DNA from: Fimbriosthenelais zetlandica
Lineage: Eukaryota
DNA length: 64,000 nt
Assembly (NCBI GenBank): GCA_977030845.1
Contig: OZ365112.1
Span: 8,184,001 to 8,248,000 of the forward strand
Direction of reading: 5' to 3'
This document shows, piece by piece, positions 1 to 13,500 of the stretch. The position numbers and the translations under genes were made by a program. The stretch's first letter is position 1. Every line of letters starts with the position of its first letter. The notes below the pieces were generated by a model that was not told where the DNA came from, made no database searches, and saw only the letters and a program-made list of their open reading frames with translations.

Positions 1-216
1 TAACTGAAAAAAACAAAGCTCTGGCATACTTTTCTGTATCGATCTAGTCATGTATACCATTAGATATCTGCTTTGGTTTTGAAAGATATATAATGGAAAT
101 TTAAGCTCATCCTTTGAACAAATACACCTTTTAATAGCATAACTGAAACGACAAAAGCTCTGGCATACTTTTCTCTATCGATCTAGTCCTGCCATTAGAG
201 ATCTGCTTTGTTTTGG
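1..216. repeat. Degenerate tandem/direct repeat, ~80-bp homologous block at 139-bp period (2 copies visible)
   Basis: 1-81 'taactgaaa..aaagctctggcatacttttctgtatcgatctagtc..ccattagatatctgctttg' recurs at 140-216 with few differences; may continue upstream of the window. Confidence 0.9.
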
Positions 217-2500
217 CTAGTCCTTTATCCTGGTTAGCACAGTAATGGACACCAGCAAGGCAGGCTGACCATTGTCTCTGTCTTATGCTCTGTGTTAAGG
301 CGATGGTCAAACTGTTGACCTTGCTTAAGATACTCATAGACACAGATCATGGTCAGGCGAGTGACAGGGACTACTGAATACTACATGAGATCCCCTAGAC
401 AATAAGATTAAGACGCAAATAGCAAGACAAAAGCCCACCACCCACCCTTTCCATCCCCTGGTTCAGATCTAATACCTTATCCTATTTCCCTTCAGTGAAT
501 CACGCTCGGTTATGTAACATGGAAATCCCATCACAAGGTCAAACAATGGATCCCTTGGCAAAAACGTGTGGTGGGTTTAACGCAAAGGTGGGATCTCGTT
601 GGGTTTTTTCATCAAAAGGGGTGTGATGGGTGGGGGCGTTGGTGCTAGGAAGGGCTAGAGCAGGCATGAGATGGGTTCAGAGTGGGTCAGCTCGAGGGGC
701 AATGGTGTCCAAGGTATGCACTCCACGTTGCACCAAAGCATCGCTCCTGTGGTGAGGTGGGGTTTGGACAAATTACAGGATCCTGGAAAATGGGAAGATA
801 TCAGATTCATGGACGCAGATTCATGTGAGCTACATGTAAGGTCTTGGTGCATGCAGGAATGAATGATTTAGACATTTCCCAAGAAACGAGACATTGTCTT
901 AAGGTTGTTATAAGAAGTTGTTCCCCATCAGTTTTTATTCAAATCTTCAAAATCCGGCCTTATCGGGTAACGGCACTGCAGTTGGTTTTTCTTGCGAAGG
1001 TTGCGACCAGCCTTGTGTTTGACTAAGGCCTCAATTGCCATATAGCAATCCCCTGCTAGTACAGTTACACTTGCGGCCAACACAGCAGTTGCGGCAGAAA
1101 ATCCAGTGGAGCTACCACATTAATAAAAATGCCCACACCCTTTAATAGCAGTTACATGAGGAAAATACAATTTCTTCCCCATGATATAAGGCCATATCCA
1201 TGAACCATGGGAAGAAGTTGGTATGTTAACCTGCTGTTTGACAGGTCATGGCTTGCCTTGCCTCACGGGTCATTGTTAGGGTCTGTCTTCTGGGCGACTA
1301 TAGCAGCACACGTGCTATAGACAGGCGTTATTGAGCGGTGGTCACATATGGTGGGTTTGGGGCCTGTTTAATGTAGTGTGAACGGACCCAGGAGCAGGCT
1401 TGATTGACTGAAGCCTTGGTGAGCTTGCCAGGTCTTTTTTCTGATACTTTTACTTCGATAGATAAAGCGTTTCCCTGAGGAGGTATGCATTTGAGAGATA
1501 GGGAGTGAGGGAAGTAAGGGAGATACAGGGGAGAGGGAATAAGACACAGGGGGTTGAGGATAAGAACATGATAAAATAGATTCAGGAGCAGTGATGGAAC
1601 CAGGTATTCAAACTTCATGTGGTCCATTTAATGGCCTAAAACATCGTAAATCATTAATAAAAGTCGTTTTAATGTAGTTGGATACCAGCAAGAAGATACT
1701 AGGTTCTGCAAAAATCCAATATTATTCTCTCTCCAGACTGAAAGTCGACCTACCCCTAGTCCTACGGCTACGACCAATACTCTTCTTCCATGAGATACAT
1801 GTGTACATAATCTAGAACCGATCTTAAGGTAAATGCCCCGAATTGTTTCCAGATTACATGGCCTGTATAGTGATGAGTTCTCAGGACTTATAGCACCAGA
1901 GCCATATGATCATTGACAGTGCCTATAGACAGCTAGGCCTTGTATTAGATCCACAATAGCCTGGCCTGGATGTGTGGCTAGTGGTCAGACCAGACGCAAT
2001 AGGTTACACCAGGCTTGGTGCTTGTGACCGGCAGACCATGGGTCGTCTGATAAACATTGCAGATTAGATATGTCATGTACTGCACGGGCCTCGTGTGGTT
2101 TTTACCCTCTGACTGCGGTAGAACCTCCGGATTGACCATGTCCAGGGAGGTTTGACTAGGTGATGAATGGGTAGGAGTGACCACTAGTGTCTGTATGGTC
2201 AGGAGTGGACAAATCAGCAGGCAGGAGCCTCCATACACCATGATGAGCCATGATTGATGATCTGACCAGTTGCAGACGGGGAAAGAGGAGGCTCCTGCCT
2301 AATTCTCCTATGTCAGAGGAAACCTCATAATAATGAGCATGCTTGCTTGAAAATTGAGCAGGATCCAGTCACGACCAAATTGCCTTATACAAGAAGGAGA
2401 AATTATCATGAATATTTGTCGATGAACTCATCAATGGCCTTTTAGAAGATATGCAATTTTTCCATCTTCAAACCAAGGAAGAAATGGAAATCTTAAAAGA

Positions 2501-2830
2501 GTTCCTCAGATTAAAAGTGATGGTAAAGTCGATGATAATTGAAAACCTTCTTAGGATAAATCGTGGCTACATGAATTACTGAACGCCTAGCTGGCTGAGA
2601 CTCCATGGGTAGGAAGTTGTATCAAGCACAATGGAACTTTTAAGACAGCCCAAGTTTCCTATTTTACCTGCACCGTGGAATGGTGGACGGCAAATGCTTT
2701 GACAAATGCATCTGGTGTCTTGGCTTTTTAAAAATTAGGTCATCGGAGAGATTCAATTGATGGAAGATTAAGGTCAGGACGGTTTCGCTACATCTTCATT
2801 ACAATCCGCGGAGGTTGGTGAATGACAAAA
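2501..2830 (+). mobile_element. Decayed L1-type LINE reverse transcriptase fragment
   Basis: Motifs in LINE RT order: 'VPQIK..DN*KPS' (IPK..NWRPI), 'ITERLA' (LANRL), 'KCFDKCIW..SSERFN*W...LVND' (KAFDRV.W..GFSERF..W...LVNG); multiple stops. Confidence 0.4.
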
Positions 2831-3499
2831 ACTGATGATCTCCCGTCAGAGCAAAGTCCAACCGGCAACAACCAAATTCACCAGTAACGACCTGCACATT
2901 GCCGGCCTTCCGATTGATCACAATGCTGAGCCTTCCTGCCCCGTTAACGCCTGGGGCTGAGGGGCCAAATGTGCTCCAGTAAAACTAAGGGGAGTTGGAT
3001 TGGGAGGAAGAGAAGGAGAGATTGAGCAGGAGGAGGGGAAGGAGATGGAGAAGAGGGAGGTAGATAAATACATCTGTCTCGGGTCAGTGTGTCAGAGTCT
3101 GGCAGTTGTCAGTTCAATGTGGTCCAATTGACATGCGACACGCCCCATATATCACTTTGAGCCGGCAGCCCCCGGAGACCAATCAGATGCTCGTTGGCAT
3201 CAAGCCAAAAAGAGCTGCTCCTTCAAGAGTGAAGAGGGAGACAGCTTCAAATTTAATCCAAGAAACACTCTTCTCCTGATGAAAAAATCTCTCCATCCTT
3301 CAAGGCTTCCCTGTTATCTTCATATAAAACCTAAGCCTAATTATAAGCATCCTAAATTCAGGGAGCAAATGCAATTATAAATCACTATATCAAGTTCAGC
3401 AATGGCTGAAATGGATTTGAAATAGTAGTGGTGTTCGAGGGCTGAGGTGGTAAAAAAGTGGTGCTCTCCGGAGTACCCTCCCTGTCTTGGTATTGATAT

Positions 3500-4645
3500 C
3501 TTAAATCGGATGTTTCGATCACGCCCAGGACTTATATCAGAGCGTCATCCAGGAGGATAGTTGCTGAGCAAAAACCTATGCTGCACACTTGATTTGATTT
3601 GGGTAATGATGATTATTCCAAGACTGGCAGTGATTGGTGTATTTTTGTTTACTCAGCCTCCCCTTGTTTGCAGTATGGAAGCTTTCAGTACCTTGTTAAT
3701 GGCGTCTGTAGGATAGTGCTTTAGGGTGGGCACGTTCAGCAGAGACTCGGGAATTAAAATGGCAGACTTTAACTATTGCCATTGGGGGTAAAACTTATCA
3801 ATGTCATCATGAAAAGTATTGATTGGGAACTATCGTCCCAAAGATGAACGTAGTACTGGTACAGGCTTTGGTCTTGATTTGATCAATGGTGTTACGATGA
3901 TGTTAGTCCGTATGGACGGAAATTAAAATAATGTACCCCGGCACCGATTGTGCTGGCAGTGTTCCCTGTGTGCTTAGGCTAATCGATTCAGCAAGAGAGC
4001 TGCAATCTTATTCCAATGAACAATGGTAACATTGCAAGAACTGGGTGATTGCTGGGCTTCATACAAGAAAAGGCAAGGATAAGAAGTCTTTTACAATCTG
4101 TAAAGTAAATTGGGTTCATTGGCCTCTGCACAGATATCCATCAATGCTAATATTGGGTTGAATTTTAGTTATTAATTAATAAGCAGAGAATTGCATGCCT
4201 TCTTTGGAGTTCAATATTGAAATACAATAAGGAACACTATATGGAGATCGTAATAGTAGTCATAAAAATGGCTAAACCAGCCTTATCACTTACCACTGAT
4301 AGGTCGTATTGAAATAAGTACTTTTACAATGAATCACTCATATCATTCCTATCTTTGCAATGGTGAAGGAATTGCTGATCCAAAAAGTGAGGGCATCTAG
4401 GGCTTATGTTTGGGATCCACTTTAATCCCAGACCATTAAGTCAAGCTACATGAGGTTAGAGTTTTATGAGTCTGCCTATGGATAGAGTTCCCCATGTCTG
4501 TATTCTTCCGACAAGCCCATAAAATCCCTAATAGAACACTTCTCCTGTCAAGCCTTTCTTCAATATCTCCCATCATCGTTATCATTAAATGGGGTATTAA
4601 CAGGTCTTTCCTGAACATGAAACTATTATCCATTTGCCAGGACAT
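3500..4645 (-). mobile_element. Decayed LINE ORF2 remnant (endonuclease plus RT N-terminal part)
   Basis: Minus strand: 'MGDIEERLDRR' (EN GDFN motif), 'YYVHLWD', 'LIPE..TLKHY' (LIPK..LKDYRP), 'GF..TILLDDALI..VIE' (GF..R.ILDN.LI..E); many stops and frameshifts. Confidence 0.4.
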
Positions 4646-7600
4646 GCAATGCGTTCATAAAATTGATTCACAAAGGCTCAAATTCAATGACATGCATGCA
4701 CTCTGCTTCATCTGATCATATTAGAATATCCAAATTCAGATCGATACCATTAGAGTTCTGGCAAAAGAAATATATTTTACGAATTTTCAAGAAGAAAGTC
4801 CAAAAGTACTCAAACTAGCAATGAATTCCTTCTTTTGATAAAATTTCAAAATGCATTCTGACAAATGAAAAAAAAATGGAATTCTTGGATGAGAGTTACC
4901 CACTATAAAATGCAACAAACTCTTGAAGGTAGCGTTCTGAAAAGAAATGCTCTTTTTTTCAGAGCCATTTTAGTCATCAAGTGACAAGCAGTGACATGGC
5001 AGGGATCAATGCCTTTTGACTGATATCTTCCGATGTTCACAACCTGTTCCCCTACTTACCTCTGGTCGAGTTTGATTTTTCTGCAATGGCGACATCAAAG
5101 GCTGTGATTGGTTGTGGCACGCAGCGTGGGATGATTCCAAAAGATTGTAGCCTACTATGGTACAGTATGCCTGGTATACTGACTACGGTAGGCTGTGCCT
5201 ATGTGCCTATGGGATATGGACGTTCGTTTCAGCAGCTTTAGGCTTTCAGTAGAGCAGGCACCAGAACCTGAAGAATAAGCAATCAAAATGAAAGTTATAT
5301 TAACAGCCGCAGTACATGTAAGGTTTTCTTTATGAAATCAAAAGTAAATGTATGTATGTTATACTTTCATGATTATAAGACCTGATTATATTTCTGATTC
5401 GTTCTTTTCATAATAAAAATGTCTATGAATTTAGCATTGGAGGCCACATTATAGAAAGGTGGAATGTAAATCTTTTCAAATAAAGAAAGGCTTTCATTCC
5501 TCAGGTCCTTTGCTGTTTCTCAGTAGGCGGGAAGTCTTTACTCTTTAACTCTCCAGGCATTTCTGACTATAGGTGGGGCAGATATATATATGGATTATGT
5601 AGGGAGACTTAAATGGTGACATATAAAAGAAATATGAAAAGTATGCCTATTTTTATTCCAAGTGAAGGCAGGTTATATATAGAAGGAAGGCGATATTTTT
5701 GTGGAACAGTTTCGAATGGAAACTTGTATTTAGTTCATGGGAGTGAGAAGTATGGCAATTCCTTTCTTCATGGAAAAATGCGCAAATTATACGACGAAGG
5801 CGGAAGCACGTAGATATATTTTGGAATAATTTAGAATGGAACAATAATGTATATTATATTGAGAGTAATCTCAACTGTGTCATGTTTATTCAATTGATTG
5901 CCATCTATTTTAGATGATCATAAGAATTAAAGTCAGTAGTTGAATTATATAGCAATCGATTGTTAATCCTGGTTATTTGAGTGTGGGATAGATTGGGAGG
6001 AGGTCAAGGATGCTCTACAGGCGGCATCTCCCACCTGCGACGATATTGACTGAAACTTGACCGACTTAGATTGAACCTACACCCAAAACAACTCTAGTTT
6101 CACGAAAACGTCCTGCAATTCTAAAACAAGGTTTCCCTGAACTTTACAGAAGAAGGCAATTGAAACTTTATCCCTTTTTAGATTCAGAAATGTCAGAAAG
6201 GATATTCATTTTGAGATAGTGAATATTGACCAAACCCTTGGTTTCTTTTGGCCGCAGTTTGAAGGAAACCTGCGACATTAGTCAATTAAAAGTATCTACA
6301 TCTTATCAAGAAGATTAATCAGAAAGGGCATGAATAACAAACCGTCAAGTGAACTCGTAATTAAGTTGTCTATTTTGATCACAGGTCATCCCTTCTTCAT
6401 CAAATAACAAACATTATACTTGATAAATTCAATTTGTCGGGGAAAACTTCGTTACAAAGCCCCCTTGCAGCATGAGAATGGGCTGTAAACGATGTAAAGG
6501 AAAGTCACAGAAGAATAATTAATAGAAATTGAGAAGTTAAGTCCCCGTGTCTGGCATACACTAAGAGAGCTCCTCAGGGAGGAATGGGAACTGCTGGGTG
6601 GGGACACATTACCGGGCATTACAGTGGCTTCTACGCCACTCCCGGCTTCTTAGCTCCGACATCAGAGCCGAAGACGGCGGCGCTTTAAACCCCACAGCAG
6701 GTATAAGTAACTAAAGGTTGCCAACTAATGTATGTATATAGGGAAACAGTGCTTGCTTGGGTGACAGCCACATCAGCAGTCGTATTAACATTCAAACATC
6801 TGTCAGGCTGAAGACAAGAACTGCAGTAGAGGCAAGACGGGAGACGGAACAGATGGGAAATGTCTGGTCTATTGCAGTTTTATATTAAAGAAAGAAGAAA
6901 GGGGAGAGGTAGGGGGAAGGTAGTTGTAGCAGAGTTGTAGCAGGGGGGGATCGATGTGTTGAGAGGAACCGGGTGAGGAATTGGGAAGGTGGTAGTGGTG
7001 GTGGGGGTACATGCACGTTGGTGGTGCTGTGGTGGCGGCAGTGGCGCCGCCGGTCCCTTTCTCCAGTCTCTCTCTCTCCAGAACATTGAGAGATTGCCTC
7101 CTGCTCCTCTCTCCACGCACTAGCTGCCTCCGTGCGGCCTCCAGTTAGTCCTATAGACCAGCAGAGGCATTCTCTACTTCCTCTCCCCACTACTCGTCAC
7201 ACTGCATGCTGACGGGGTGACATCCACTAGAAAGTGGTCCCTACCTCATTTCATATACTACTACTTCCTCTCCCTCACCACAAACCAGGATCCATCCAAC
7301 TCCAGCTCAACTTATACATATAGGATCACATAAAGTTGACGGGGACTCATTCAACGTTCAATATACCCTACCTGCAACTTTTCCCACTACTTGGGATGGA
7401 CTTTGTAATATAAATATATTACAAATATAGTTTATTTGCCGGGGGAAGTGAGTTTTGGATGAATATAGTTAGAGAGTACAAAACAGGATCAATTGGCCGC
7501 TTGTTCCCCGAGTTGTTCCTTCAAAAGGAAAGGGAACATAAAACACATGTGCATTGTGGATAAAGCTGCTTTTAGCTGTGCTATACTACGGCTTCCAAGG

Positions 7601-9496
7601 ACTGGAGCATAGAAGACAGCTACCGACCCCCAACCTTATAAATATAATATACCGGCAATATACACCTGAACCAATGCCTTTATAATGCATGTTATCAAAG
7701 CTTCAGTTTGCTTCGTGAACATCTAATGTATCATTGTTTTTGTACTTGGAAGCTGTCTCTTCCTCTTTTGCTTGCCACTCGTGTTCTCTAGCTCCTCCAG
7801 TGAGGAGATTAAGTTGTACATCTGGGGGACAGAGGAGGCGGCGCCGGCAAACTGACACTGGAGGACATGCAGGAGGAGGCAGGATTCCCACTGCCCGGAG
7901 ACTCCATGTGACAAGCTGCATTGGTTCTGACATTTAGGTTTAACCATTTGGGAATATATGTCAAAAATCACTCATCATCGCCCACTTAATGCTCATTGCT
8001 CACTCAAGATATCTACATATGATTTAATAATTGCCCAGCCACAGATAGAACTTCTGATGCTTTCAAGCGTGTTTTAATATAATAAATGATGCATATCCTT
8101 GCAAGCATTACGTAAAATGTTACCCTTGAGAATTGCCCACATATTAACGATCGTAGAATGAATATAGCAGGTGTTTATGTACTCGTATCTTGCGGTGAGT
8201 GGCTCTGTGAAGTAAGATTTTGAGGGATAAATGGGTGTAAGCCTTCCTCTTGAGGGTTGTGCATCAGTGCAGAAGTAGTGACATGTATGCATTGTATTAC
8301 CATGGAATAGAAGGAGCTGCGACTCTCATCACTTCACTTTAAACCCTTCATTCCATCTTATATCAGAAGATTGATCAATGTACAATTTGTGTCATCGGGA
8401 AATGTCAGTTGTTTCTTCATCGCTTCTTCATTCCTGGCTTCCGTCGCTAATGCGGAGACGATTTGCAAACACAGATATAAGATTGGGCGAAGCTTGCTGA
8501 CACTTCTACCCAGGCTGTATCAAAGGACATGCAAGGATTATAGACATCTCTTCATACCATTAAGCCTGACATCGAGGAATACCTGTCAATTCTCATATTG
8601 TTTAGGCGTCCAGAGTTGTCAAGAAGGGAAAGGGCTTTCTCTGTGTTGCAGCGAGAGGAGTGGAATCTGCCTATTGCTAAGAATGATCATATCTGTCGCT
8701 CTCCCTATTTTTGACATGACTATTCTACCTCTAGGATTTTGGGAAACCATTGGAAACACTCGAGTTAATCATGTTGGAATTTTATGAATACTACCACAGA
8801 TGATAGGCAGGTAAGTGTGGGATTAATCAGGAGTAATTAATTAAATTGATTATGTCACTTGGCTCCGATATCACATATGATATCTAGAATGTAGATGCAA
8901 ATGACAGTCATTGAAAAGGTTATTCCTAGGAGGTGAGATTGTGGGAATAATTATACATCGCCTAAAAAGTACGAGTTATGTCTCATATAATCCCCTAGCT
9001 TCACATATTCAACCACAAGACATATTATAGTAGGTATAGAGACGTCAATCTTAATAGAGCCCACTCTCTCTGCCAGAACGTGAAACTCTCAAGGTATGTT
9101 TGGATAGACTTTGCCGAAGGAAACCTGATACTAATTAATTAGTTTTCATCTAAGCATGCCTGGGCACTCCGTCTTCATATAATTCCTGTATTTAAGATTT
9201 TAGCATGGGGAATAGGAACGTCATTAGAAGAAAAATCAAAAAAGAAATACAAGTGAGTAAAACATGCAACACTGTGATATATATGTAGCTCATATAAAAC
9301 TCAGTATCTGCCACTCAAATGGCGAGAACATGATAAAAAAAAACACGCCTTCTAACGTGTGGAATCAGGTTGATATGAGATGAGATTAAAGAATGCAACG
9401 CGATAATTTTGTTAAATGTACCGTGGCTTCGTACTTGTAAAATGGCCCCCTGCCTTGCCTCGCAAGTACACTACCTCACCGGGCAAACTAGCACTA

Positions 9497-9625
9497 CACT
9501 TGGCCTTTTGCCAAAGAACCTGTTCTTTGCCTTATACAGGCAGGGAAAACATAGTAATATTAAACGAGAAGACACTTGTGCATCATCTATTTTCAAATTT
9601 AAGCTTTTGCCTCCTTCAAGAGGCC
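9497..9625 (-). pseudogene. PPR (PLS-class)-like fragment, decayed
   Basis: 'GLLKEAKA*I*K*MM...YYVFPAC...GSLAKGQV' resembles the PPR consensus G..EA..F..M...TF..V..AC..G.L..GK.H. Confidence 0.3.
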
Positions 9626-11994
9626 ATAGATATGTATGGATTATAAAGTGAGAGGTTTTCCATGCTTGATTCCCATATTCTCTCTATATTCTATTTCTGA
9701 TCATCTTCAATGCCTTGCACTCGGCTCCTGCGCTTGTTTCGAACAATAGAGGATGAACAATATGAATGTACCATGTTAAGGCATTGGGAACATTTAGATA
9801 TGGGCTTCAAAGGCCTGCTCCTGGTCACTGCCGGTGCTCAGAAGCCTTTTGTTTAAAGCATGAACAGACATTTGAATGTTGTATTTAGACGCATGAACTG
9901 TGAGATTCAGCGACTGAGACAACATCCCTTTTCCTCCAGCGAATCTTATTTGCCGTATGAGAGTAAATGCATTTGGCATAGACTCTGTATTCTGTTAGTG
10001 GGGACGAGGGGATTACATTTGCCAGTCTCAATTAAGAGCCATCTTTGTAGAGCTTGGAATAGATTGAGAGAGGAAGCAACAGAACAATCCTGTTTGGAAT
10101 GATTTCACTACATCCCTCGCCACCCTACATACATTTAAATCAATTCCAACAGTCGATATATAACGGCGTCACATATTAATGAGGCACCAGTTTCCCCATC
10201 TCTCCATATCACTGCAGCCGGTCTGACTATTCGATCAAGTGTCTCATTTCAAATGAAGCGTGAACTTTATAAGCTTATATATTCCCATTTATTAACCATC
10301 AACCAATGCCTGTGAAAGATCCATCTGATTCCCACAGATGTTCACGGGAGACTTTCCGGCTTCAATTCATCTGTGGAATCAACTATGTGTTAAGGTTGGG
10401 ATCGTGCTATTTAGCAGGTCCTGAATAGGTTAGAGTGAGCCCAGACCAATGCTCAGAGGGTGTACTCGACTGATTATGCTAATAGTAAATAGGCATTAAT
10501 CTCCCATATTAAACCCATATGTAGGCGGTGGTATAATGCCTTATTAATTATCCTCCAATAGATTTAATATTCCTTTTAAATCTTGACGGATCATGAATTA
10601 TACCTAAGAGCAGTTCGGCCCATATATAAGGGAATACCACCAGAATCGATCTCCATAATATTGCAGCAGAGTTAATAGACTTATTCCACACCACTAATGT
10701 ATATCAATACATTGAGAAAAACAGGTATATATAAAAGTGGAGGTTCTATACACCAGTGGAAATATATTGATTTAGTTTTATACCTGATGTTCTTATCATG
10801 GAATGCTTTAATCCCAGTATCGACCAACAACTTTTTGCAACAGAAAGACACATGTCTAACACAAAATATTGACTGCATTTATACCAATGCTTTCATAGAG
10901 CACAAAGATAAAGGCCTTGCTTCACAGAAACAACTTGTGTGCCTTCCTGCGATCAATCTTTATTCCCCGACAATCAGTTCCAACATAATCATAGCCGCAC
11001 AGTCAGTCCTGGCACATTCTCCATTGATTCACCCTGTTATCCATTGGCAGATTCAGGTTCGTGGGGAACCAGAAAAGTACTAGCACCAGTGTGGCTCGCA
11101 TGTACCATATTAGAGGATCCTCCAGCAAGCGACAGAACACACAAAGATGTAGGTATAAGTTGGATTGGAAGTCTTGCCATCGCCTTTGGCTTGATCATGT
11201 GAAGCGGAGCCAAATCATGTAATCTGCAGGAACTTCCTTTATCTGAAGGGTGGAGATTTTTGAGAAAAAATCACTTTTATGGTTTACCTTATGGTATATT
11301 ATCAAGATTTATCATCTGAGAATAGGTGCGTGATTTGGGGTGTAATGGGAAGTTAGGGTCATATAGGCATGGCACTGGAAGGTGCCGTGGGTGTGTGAGT
11401 CCATAGTTTATGCATTGAAAAGATTTGACGCTATCGATTTTCATGTTAAGCATTATTTCTGATCAATAATCAAGATAAATGGTGGCCCCCTGAGGCTGGC
11501 CATCAAAGGCTATCGACCAGTGGAAACTAAGTATGTTAGTACATGATGGGGCGCTAAAGTCAGTCAGCTAGTGGGGGGCCCTCCCTCCACCAATCAGGAC
11601 CCTCCCTCTACTATTCAATTTCAAGCCTTAGCTCCAGATGTCGTAAGCCTGTCGCCGGTTACAGTACCGTTGCATAATATCAGACGAAACCGTCACAGTG
11701 ACACGATGAGTGGTGATTAACAGTTCATATTATAACGCACCCGGGGCTTTATCATAATAAAGATAAATCACATTAGCCGATTTTAAGAACATTTGCTGGT
11801 GTGATGCAACTTTCTTTTGAAACAGACCCTCACTGCTGGAGGCATGGTAATTGCCTGGAGTGACAATGTAACACAGTTTCCTGGCTGATCTATTGAGGTT
11901 TTGATGGACAAGTTCCTCACATATTCCCACAGAGACATGAAGCATAATGAGGCATAATGTAATTACAGGGGATTTCAAAACTCGAATTAATGCC

Positions 11995-12220
11995 GGGGGT
12001 ATACATAAGCCAGGAATACACTAATCCGTTTATCTATCCGGAGCCATCCGATAGCTGTCCGAAACTATATTTCTATTCGCACCAAATGCTTGCAATTTGA
12101 ACAGACCTTTACACCTAGGTAAGGCTAACAACTGACAAAATTTCAATCTTTAGATGTCATTAGAAATAGGGTATCGGATTTGACATTCGGATTAGTGTAT
12201 TCCCGGCTGTAGTGTGCCCC
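11995..12220. mobile_element. MITE-like non-autonomous element with terminal inverted repeats
   Basis: 12009-12028 gccaggaatacactaatccg versus the reverse complement of 12188-12207 (19/20 match); imperfect extension outward to GGGG/CCCC ends; subterminal ATCCG/CGGAT repeats at both ends; no clear TSD. Confidence 0.55.
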
Positions 12221-13059
12221 TTGGCCAAACCTCTGGTCGTCAATTTAGGGATCATAATGGAAAGCGGACAGAACATTAATCTGTTCATCTTAAATATACC
12301 AAAGAAACTGTGATGATATTAAATGGGGTCCCCTTTATGGGCCTATATGCTTTCGATAGATGGTTCCAGTGCTATATGATAGGCCTGTAAAACCATCGAC
12401 AAAGTCCTTTTCTTCTATACTACTTAGAGAAGAGCAGGCACAATAGAAAGCAAGAAAGCGTCAACATGTTAGTTAAAAGCTTCCTGCAGACGTTACCTGT
12501 ATCAGTTACCAGCTAAATATAGCTATATTGTCATGTATTTATATGTGTACACATCATGCACAAATTGCATATTGTTCATTTTATGTATTCTATTCCTTTC
12601 ATAACACATAATATGCGACATAGCATTAGCAGTCTATGCGCTATAGTAGCAGAAGCAGACACTAGAATTCTAATTTATATCTTTTCCTCAGATCTATCCC
12701 ATTTGCTTCTACCTTTTCTAAGCCGCTTGTTTACCAGCAAAGATTTCGGGGCCAAGGAATTTTCTAAAAGATCCCCTTTCGTTCATGGTAAAATGCAAAT
12801 GCATATTTATGGTAATTAGTACCTAATAGCATCTTTGTTATAGACAATGCTCATTGATAATGGCTTGTCCACTGTCTCATTGACCTCCAGTCTGTTGGCT
12901 TCTGACCAGGAAATGATTGACCACGACCCAATGCAGACTCCCATCTGTCTGACCATATTAATACATCACTGAAGATGACATAGACTGTGATGATGTTCCT
13001 GAACTACTACACACAACTGTGACAGGCAGCAGAAGGTAGTGAAGGAAGCCGGTTATTTG

Positions 13060-13500
13060 TGGTTGAGACTGTTCGCAGCTTTGCCTTCTTCCTGCAGTTT
13101 CCCTAAGCACTCTCCCCCTCCATATACCCACAAACGGGAGGTGACAGGCATGAAAAGCCAAGCTAAATTCTCCGTCATTCAACTTGACACCCAAAAGGTG
13201 CCTGATGAACAGGCTTCTGTTCCATACGTCAAGCATTGAAAAAAGTTAGAAAAGGGGAAAAACAGACCTACTGCCCTTTTCATGGGAGGCTGGAAATGCC
13301 ACAGATTTTCCCAGAAAATGAAGGGAAAAGAATATCCTTGGTTTGAAATAATCACCGTTTTACAATAAGGGACCTTAAAGTTCCATCTATAATTTCTGAA
13401 AAAAGTTCTTCTTCCTCTGCGTTCCATTGTTCAGTGTAAGAAAGTTTTACCAAAGCTCATGTCGGAGTTTTTGCGTAATTTAAAAAGCCTCTCGTTCAAA
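13060..13500 (-). mobile_element. Ty3/gypsy integrase core remnant
   Basis: 'TFFRNYRWNFKVP..VIISNQGYSFPFIFWENLW' (HG.P..I.SDRG..F.S.FW..L) followed by 'WNRSL..GEFSLAFHACHLPFVGIWRG' (NR.L..AEF.YN..H....PF...YG). Confidence 0.6.

Noticed and set aside
6869-7190. Three overlapping minus-strand ORFs rich in P/T/H, possibly a gene 5' end
   Set aside because: Low-complexity GC/purine-skewed sequence stays open in several frames, there is no recognisable domain, and I cannot support a splice structure.
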